64,000 nucleotides of DNA from Chrysomallon squamiferum (taxonomy: Eukaryota > Animalia > Mollusca): assembly GCA_012295275.1 (NCBI GenBank), contig CM022676.1, positions 11,904,001 to 11,968,000 on the forward strand, read 5' to 3'. This document shows, in pieces, positions 56,728 to 64,000 of the stretch (the stretch's first letter is position 1; every line of letters begins with the position of its first letter). The notes under the pieces were generated by a model. The model was given only the letters and a program-made list of their open reading frames with translations, did not search any database and had not been told where the DNA came from. The translations under genes and the position numbers were made by a program.

Positions 56728-57075
56728 GTATGTGTGTATGTATGTATGTATGTTTGTGTGTGTATGATTGTATGTGTGCATTTATGTATGTGTGTGTATG
56801 TGTATATGTGTGTATGTGTGTATGTGTGCATGTATGTATGTATATATGTATGTATGTGTGGTTATGTATGTATGTATGTGTGTATGTGTGGGTATGTATG
56901 TATGTGTGTGTATGTATGTATGTATGTATGTATGTATGTATGTGTGTGTATGTATGTATGTATGTATGTATGTGTGTGAGTGTATGTATGTATGTATGAG
57001 TGTGTATGTGTATGTATGTGTGTATATGTATGTATGTATGTATGTATGTGTGTATATGTATGTATCTGTGAGTAT
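56322..57075. repeat. (TATG)/(TG) compound microsatellite
   Basis: Direct inspection. Confidence 0.95.
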
Positions 57076-59859
57076 GTAATTTCAACAAATATGTAGGTAC
57101 ACGTGTTGTACGTGAAACCTGTGAAGGAAAGGGAACTTGATAGGATGAAATATTTCACTATGCTTATTTTATTATTATTTTTTATTATTTTTATTTTTTA
57201 TTTTTATTTTTATTTTATTATTTTTATTTTTTTTTATTATTATTTTTTTTTATTATTATTATTTTTTTAATTTTTATTATTTTTATTATTATTATTATTA
57301 TTATTATTTTTTTTTTTTTTTTTTTTTTTTAATTATTATTATTAATTTTTATTATTATTATTATTTTTTTATTATTATTGTTTGTTTGTTTATTTATTTA
57401 GGTTTCTGCATTTTTATAATAATCAAAACAGGAATAAAGAAAGAATGAAAAAAAAAAACGTAAAAGAAAAAAAAAGGTGAAATTGAATGAAATAAAATAA
57501 AATAAAATATAAACAAAATATAAATTAACACCTCAATTTTATGAACCTTTGAATGATGTCGTATTATGAGTGTTTGTATTGAATTTATTACATTTAATAA
57601 AACCGACAAAAGGGGAAATAAAGTTTTATGGTAAAACTTTATTACAATATTTTCGGCATATCAATATACGTGGGTTTTAGAGCCCATAAATAAACATATA
57701 TGCATTTAATTATAACCATATAAATATATACATACTTAAATACGTACATATACAGATTCACACAAGAGGCCTTTAAGTTTCTGCAGTACGAACTTAATCT
57801 TTTTGTGCGTACTAAACTGTTGAACAGAAGGTAGGATATATTTATAAGACATTATTTTCAAAATTATTTTTGAATCGAAACGTTAATACTAATGGAAAGT
57901 CTTAATCTTATTATTCTTTTTTTATATAAATTTAAGAACTAGAAGATAATTTGAGACCTTTTGTTGACGTCGTCGATAACATCCAAGTGTTATGTGAAGT
58001 ATAACCTTGCAGTGAATTACAAACACAAGATTTTACATTGCATAAGTTAATACAGTTTATAAATATAAATGTTACTTAAAAAGATTACAAGCATTTGATG
58101 TTTAACTATAATCCTCTGCAATACATAAACTCAGCTAATCCTTGAAAAGTATTCAGTGTACTAATTGGAGGCAATAAAACGAATACAAGCATGAGTTAAA
58201 GACGATTAAAAGCACAGGTGTGATGCGCTTGACATTTGAAGCAGACAAAATAATTTCCTTAGCTTTGTTCTTGCCGATTTGAATGCAAACAAAAGTTACC
58301 CATTATCTGCCCATTGTTGCAGTTTTCTGCGATCTAACCTAGCGACAAGCAAAAATGATCTGTTTTAAAGCTGATCAGTTTAAATGTGATTAGTTTTTTT
58401 ATTCAGCATTGTATCAATACCTGTGAATACACTGGTCTGTTACATAGTATAGTTGGTTGTGCTTACGATTCCTAATTCGCCATTTTTGGAAATAATTTTT
58501 AAAGGCAAACAATGTCTTAGAATGGAAGAGATAGTAATGGGCAAAACACAATGTTAATTCGTTTATTTCAGACGTATTCATATTATTTATATACAGTAAA
58601 AGTCAAAACATAACAGAAAACAGTAAGTTATTAAAAATATAATCAACTTAGAAATATAATCATTTTAAATAGCGCGAGTTTTTTTTTTAGTTGCATATAT
58701 AATCTACGCCCTTTGGCTATAATGTATACTCTAAAAGTAGGAATATTAAAGAAAAACTTACAGCCAACAAGTTTTAAAAATATAAAAACAACATAAATAT
58801 AATCATTTTCTAGATGTACATAGAATCTATAGCGATTTGGCTCTGTACAAAACATAACAAATGGCGATTTCACTAAGCATGTGCTACTTTCAAATGCGGA
58901 GCTGTTCTATGCCAAATGCACACCGTAATGTCGCACGTTGTTTGAAAGGTAACTGAATGAGCTTTAGTTTGTAGAGCGACACTATTTTTCGACTTTTTAC
59001 TCCATACTATTAATGGCTGACCACGGGCGCCGAAAGATCATTAACCTCCACCATGTTTAACACTCTCGTACAAAGGACTCATTTAACACACAAGAAAAAC
59101 AACATCACCGCTTAAAAGAACACATTCTGATCTTTCTTTCCATATATTAGTTTTTCATGGTAGGTTTGACAGAAGGGAGTGAAGGAAAATGCACGAAACC
59201 TGAACTTTTAAGAGCTCGCACGTGATTTTTTCAAGTAGATGACGAAAAATAATTAATTACTTATAATGTCTTCATTTCGCCTTTGTAGTCATCGAACTTA
59301 AGCTGACTACTTTCTGGTCATATGATAATACAAAACCTTGATCGGCACTTCGAGGTGTTTAATAGTGTTTTTCATGAATGACGAAGTGACGATAATTCGT
59401 GGACAGAAATAAAGAAAAGTCCACTAAAGCTAAATAAATATCTAAATTCTTAAAATAAACAATGCAAACGGATCAGTGAGAGGCAACAACACTGATGAAC
59501 TTGTTTTTAGTAATTTATTCATTTTTTAAAAAGAGGGTGTCCGCCCCCATTAATCAGACTCCCAGATAATCTCTAGCACATTATCTATGTGAATAATGGG
59601 CACGGCCCAACAAAACTAACAGAACTATAAGTTCGCATAACATAACGCATAATTTAATAAGTTACATTGTCTAGAGCACAGCACTGTAAGTTTGCATAAC
59701 AGAATTTACAGTTAAATAGTTAAAATAAGTTAATACAGTTTAGAGAACAGCACTACAAGTTCACATAACAGAATTTACAGTTAAATAGTTAAAATAAGTT
59801 AATACAGTTTAGAGAACAGCACTGTAAGAAGAAAGCGCTCTCTATCAAGGGTTTCTGTC

Positions 59860-60328
59860 CACTTGTCTAACTTGGGCTGTTGAAGCTGGCAGTCGGGTGC
59901 TGTGTGAGTCCAGTGTCTGTACAAGGCACTTGTCTAACTTGGGCTGTTGAAGCTGGCAGTCGGGTGCTGTGTGAGTCCAGTGTCTGTACAAGGCACTTGT
60001 CTAACTTGGGCTGTTGAAGCTGGCAGTCGGGTGCTGTGTGAGTCCAGTGTCTGTACAAGGCACTTGTCTAACTTGGGCTGTTGAAGCTGGCAGTCGGGTG
60101 CTGTTTGAGTCCAGTGTCTGTACAAGGCACTTGTCTAACTTGGGCTGTTGAAGCTGGCAGTTGGGTGCTGTGTGAGTCCAGTGTCTGTACAAGGCACTTG
60201 TCTAACTTGGGCTGTTGAAGCTGGCAGTCGGGTGCTGTGTGAGTCCAGTGTCTGTTCAAGGCACTTGTCTAACTTGGGCTGTTGAAGCTGGCAGTCGGGT
60301 GCTGTGTGAGTCCAGTGTCTGTTCAAGG
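59860..60328. repeat. 67-bp tandem repeat, 7 near-identical copies
   Basis: cacttgtctaacttgggctgttgaagctggcagtcgggtgctgtgtgagtccagtgtctgtacaagg. The ORF track shows the 67-bp periodicity. Confidence 0.95.
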
Positions 60329-61183
60329 CACTGTCGAAGGTACAGGACGAAGGCTCCAAGTGCGGCGGGGTCTTGTCTCAGGACTGTATTGGTGTAGATG
60401 GCAGGCGGTGATGTGGTAGTTCTTCACGGTTTCGTTTCCGTAGTGTACTTAAGGACCTGATGCCAGTGACGTCTGCAGGAGGGAGGGTGTGGTCAGTGAA
60501 GTCCCCTACCGTCCTACGTCTTCTGGTACATGTCTGACTGGTGCATCTCCAATAGATACAATTTGGGTGAACCTTATTTTTATTGAAGAGATATTCCCGA
60601 AACAGCACCTGACCCGTTCCTCTCTGTGACATACTCAACTTGCTGCAGTCCAGCCATAGTGATAGTACTGACACTTTGCCATACAATGAGTTATATATAC
60701 ACTGAAGAATCAGCAGACAATACTGAATTTATTTAGTAACAAATGTATTGTCAGTGAAAGCTTGTATTTATTTTTTAACTGAAACATTAAATGCACAGCT
60801 GACTAATACGTTCTTACACCAGTGCAAGAGTTAGCATCAATTAAACAGTGAAATACCAAGTTCACTGAGCTATCCCAAGCAAGAGTTAGCATCAATTAAA
60901 CAGTGAAATATCAAGTTCACTGAGCTATCCCAAGCAAGAGCTAGCATCAATTAAACAATGAATTTATTTAATATCAAGTTCATTGAGCTATCCCAAGCAA
61001 GTGTTAACATGAGTTACACAATGAATTTATTTAATACCAAGCTCACTGGGCTATCCCATTATAGCAACAGTGAGCCCAGCCAATCAAACTAACTACACTG
61101 GCTCACAAACTGTCTAACAAACTGTCTCACAAACTGTCTCAGAAACTGTCTAACAAACTGGTGTCGGACAAATGGGGTGAAAC
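60329..61183 (-). mobile_element. Truncated Mutator-like (MULE) element with FLYWCH zinc finger
   Basis: ORF 60378-60686: SQRG...LFREYLFNKNK...IYWRC....C......H fits the FLYWCH pattern. Probable terminus ggtgtcggacaaatggggtgaaacc at 61160-61183. Confidence 0.7.
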
Positions 61184-61339
61184 CTGAAAGAGTAGTTCCG
61201 GTCTGGTGAGGAAAAAACTTCCGGTTTTCTGGTCTTTCCGGACTTCAGGACACCGGATAATTGGTCCGGTACCTGTAATACCATACTCAGTATCTAACAA
61301 TTTTACTAAAAAAATATAGTTTAATAATACAGTTTAATA

Positions 61340-62660
61340 ATATTCTACTCCCAATGTAATAATGCTGTACTATGTAATATTCTACTCCCAATGTAATAAT
61401 CTTTACTCTGTAACATTCTACTCACAGTGTAATAATACTGTACTATGTAATATTCTACTCACAGTGTAATCATCTTGTACTATGTAATATTCTACTCACA
61501 GTGTAATAATCTTTTCTCTGTAATATTCAACAGTGTAATAATGGGTGTAAACCTGACAGTGTAATCATCTTGTACTGGTAATATTCTAAACTCACAGTGT
61601 TAATCCTGTACTATGTAACATTCTTCACAGTGTAATAATACTGTACTATGTAATATTCTATTCACAGGTCCTGTACCTGTAATATTCTACTCACAGTGTA
61701 ATAATACTGTACTCTAATATTCTATTCAAAGTGTAATAATACTTTACTATGTAATATTCTACTCACAGTGTAATAATCCTGTACTATGTAACATTCTACT
61801 CACAGTGTAATAATACTGTACTGTGTAATATTCTATTCACAGTGTAATAATACTGTACTATTTAATATTCTACTCACAGTGTAATAATCCTGTACTATGT
61901 AACATTCTACTCACAGTGTAATAATCTTTACTATGTAATATTCTATTCACAGTGTAATAATCCTGTACTATGTAATATTCTACTCACAGTGTAATAATAC
62001 TGTACTGTGTAATATTCTATTCACAGTGTAATAATACTGTACTATGTAATATTCTACTCACAGTGTAATAATGCTCTACTCACTATGATACTCAGTTACC
62101 TGTCCACCCAATGTATAATTACTGTCTACACTCCTCGGTTTATAACTATTTTCTACACTCCTGTCTACTCGATGTATAACTACTGTCTACACTCCTGTCT
62201 ACTCGATGTATAACTACTGTCTACACTCCTGTCTACTCCGTGTATAACTACTGTCTACACTCCTGTCTACTTTGTGTATAACTACTGTCTACATTCCTGT
62301 CTACTCCGTGTATAACTACTGTCTACACTCCTGTCTACTCCGTGTATAACTACTGTCTACACTCCTGCCTACTCAGTGTATAACTACAGTCTACACTCCT
62401 GTCTACTCAGAGTATAATTACTGTCTACACTCCTGTCAACTCGTTGTTTAATTACTGTCTACACTCCTGTCTCCTCGGTGTATAATTACTGTCTACACTC
62501 CCGGCTACTCGGTGTATAATTACTGTCTACACTCCTGTCTACTCGGTATTTAATTACTGTCTACACTCCCGGCTACTCGGTGTATAATTACTGTCTACAC
62601 TCCTGTCTACTCGCTGTTTAATTATTCTCTACACTCCTGTCTACTCGATGTATAATTAAT
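61340..62660. repeat. Two adjacent minisatellites (~37-bp ctactcacagtgtaataat..., 34-bp ctactcggtgtataattactgtctacactcctgt) upstream of C4
   Basis: Tandem units. Shorter homologues sit upstream of C2 (25700-26100, inverted) and C3 (29150-29310). Confidence 0.88.
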
Positions 62661-62686
62661 GTTGAATTTGAAATTTAATTTAACAG

Positions 62687-62744
62687 ATGCAGATGTTTTC
62701 TGTGATTTTCCTTTCACTGGTTACATCGGTGAATCACGTGATAT
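62687..62744 (+). CDS. Gene C4 exon 1: signal peptide MQMFSVIFLSLVTSVNHVI
   Basis: taacag|ATG...ATA T|gtgagt. 58 nt. Confidence 0.8.
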
Positions 62745-63036
62745 GTGAGTTCATTATTTGTAATCACATCAACAACGGCAACAATAACAGCTTTGATAAT
62801 GATAACAACAACAACACTAAAATACAAATACAATTATAATGACTGCAAAACATCCACTACAACAACAAAGACAAAAACAATAACTACTACTACAACTACC
62901 ACCAGTACTACTTCTGCTGCTGGTACTACCACTACTATTACTACTATTACAAATACTACTACTACTATCACCAGTAGTACTACTGCTACTACTATCACTA
63001 GTAGAAAAAGAAGAAAAAGAAGACGAAGAAGAACAG

Positions 63037-63141
<105 letters not shown>

Positions 63142-63414
63142 GAAAAGTAAAATAACCATAAGAGTCATTCACCGCAACAACAACAACAACAACAACTACA
63201 ACAACAACAACAACACAAACAATAAGGAAGAAAATAATCTGAGTTCACTTGAAATATTTTCAGTTTACACTTTGGGCTCATATCAAACATTCTGAGTATA
63301 CAGGCTGAGTTGACACGAAACATTTTCAGTACACGCTATCAATTGTTGTCAGCTTATTTCAGTAGCGTACGTAAGATTCTGACTAATTGTTTCAAAAATA
63401 TTTCGTGTCTACAG

Positions 63415-63792
63415 GTGTTGAACAGGTAGTGCTTACTTACAGTCGCAACGAAGTCATATCAGAGAGAGAGTTTACGTTCACGTGTGCGGTATCTGCTCCT
63501 GACGAGTCGTATACAGTTTCATTCGGCGCTAAAGATACGACTGGTAACTACAAAAGACGTGGTTCGCTGTACCAGGCGCGGGGGGGGATCTGTTGGATAC
63601 TTGACAATCCGCCGCGAGATGCTTCTCTCAGCTGCGGAACGGGAACAGACGCGAGTGACGCAAGATGGAGAGTCTACCACTACACCATGCCCAGGATTGG
63701 AACTCTCGAGTTCTTACCTCCCACCACGCTGTGGGAGTGTACAGCATCTGATCAGGAGAGCAAAGTGCTTCGTCTTACCCTGTTGAAAAAAT
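63415..63792 (+). CDS. Gene C4 exon 2: Ig-like domain 1
   Basis: gtctacag|GT GTT...AAA T|gtgagt, 378 nt. Encodes FTFTC..YQARGGIC..CGTGT..VYHYTM..WECTA..SKVL. Confidence 0.85.
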
Positions 63793-63930
63793 GTGAGTTT
63801 AAATATGTCAGATTTATTATCTTCCATCTTTTTACTGTTAATCATTTCAGATTAACTAGTTCACGTTTTTCGTGATCACCATTTAAAGCATTTACAGCAA
63901 AGGGAATTAAACGCAGTGTGTGGTATTCAG

Positions 63931-64000
63931 ATATTTCAGTGAATGGGCTGCGATTGGAACTGACTGCCTCAGACAGCGTCCTCGTGCCAAACTCGACTGT
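63931..64000 (+). CDS. Gene C4 exon 3 (Ig-like domain 2), runs off window
   Basis: tattcag|AT ATT TCA... (or the in-frame acceptor 9 nt later). Reads LELTASDSVLVPNST, matching C2 domain 2 AASDSILVPNSP. Confidence 0.72.

Noticed and set aside
57650-59640. Unique non-repetitive stretch as a gene or transposon
   Set aside because: No convincing ORF, exon or terminal repeats were identifiable by eye.
59860-60328. Regular repeats (also 18245-18775 and 39611-40045) as CRISPR arrays
   Set aside because: Head-to-tail units with no unique spacers, no cas genes, and a eukaryotic context.
61500-61740. Fragments of flanking unique sequence (gggtgtaaacctga, ggtcctgtacctgtaat) embedded in satellite
   Set aside because: They mirror 61173-61280 and are most simply a consensus or polishing chimera.

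Overview
AT-rich, microsatellite- and minisatellite-laden eukaryotic DNA with GT-AG introns. It is probably an invertebrate such as a mollusc, which is an inference from composition and gene style only. The window opens inside a large intron of a GT14 (core-2/I-branching, GCNT-like) glycosyltransferase gene whose last two exons are at 5119-5345 and 5753-6063. The rest (~7.6-64 kb) is a rearranging cluster of small, apparently secreted proteins made of atypical 4-cysteine Ig-like domains (B-strand C ... F[YF]R ... Q..C ... CGxGT ... YxLxI ... WxC ... S[NK]; CGxGT is absent in one subfamily). I reconstruct nine apparently intact genes in four subfamilies. A1 and A2 have one domain, B has one domain, C1-C4 have two domains (C4 runs off the window), and D1 and D2 have a long leader plus one domain. 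About nine pseudogene or orphan-exon fragments lie on both strands. Leaders and introns are nearly identical between some paralogues while the Ig exons are strongly diverged and mosaic. Several minisatellites are amplified copies of real splice acceptors (GCNT, C1, D1/D2), and others are rich in donor-like or branch-point-like motifs. A hAT-type element with an 8-bp TSD and two decayed FLYWCH/Mutator-like elements are also present. Exon boundaries were read by eye and no database search was possible.
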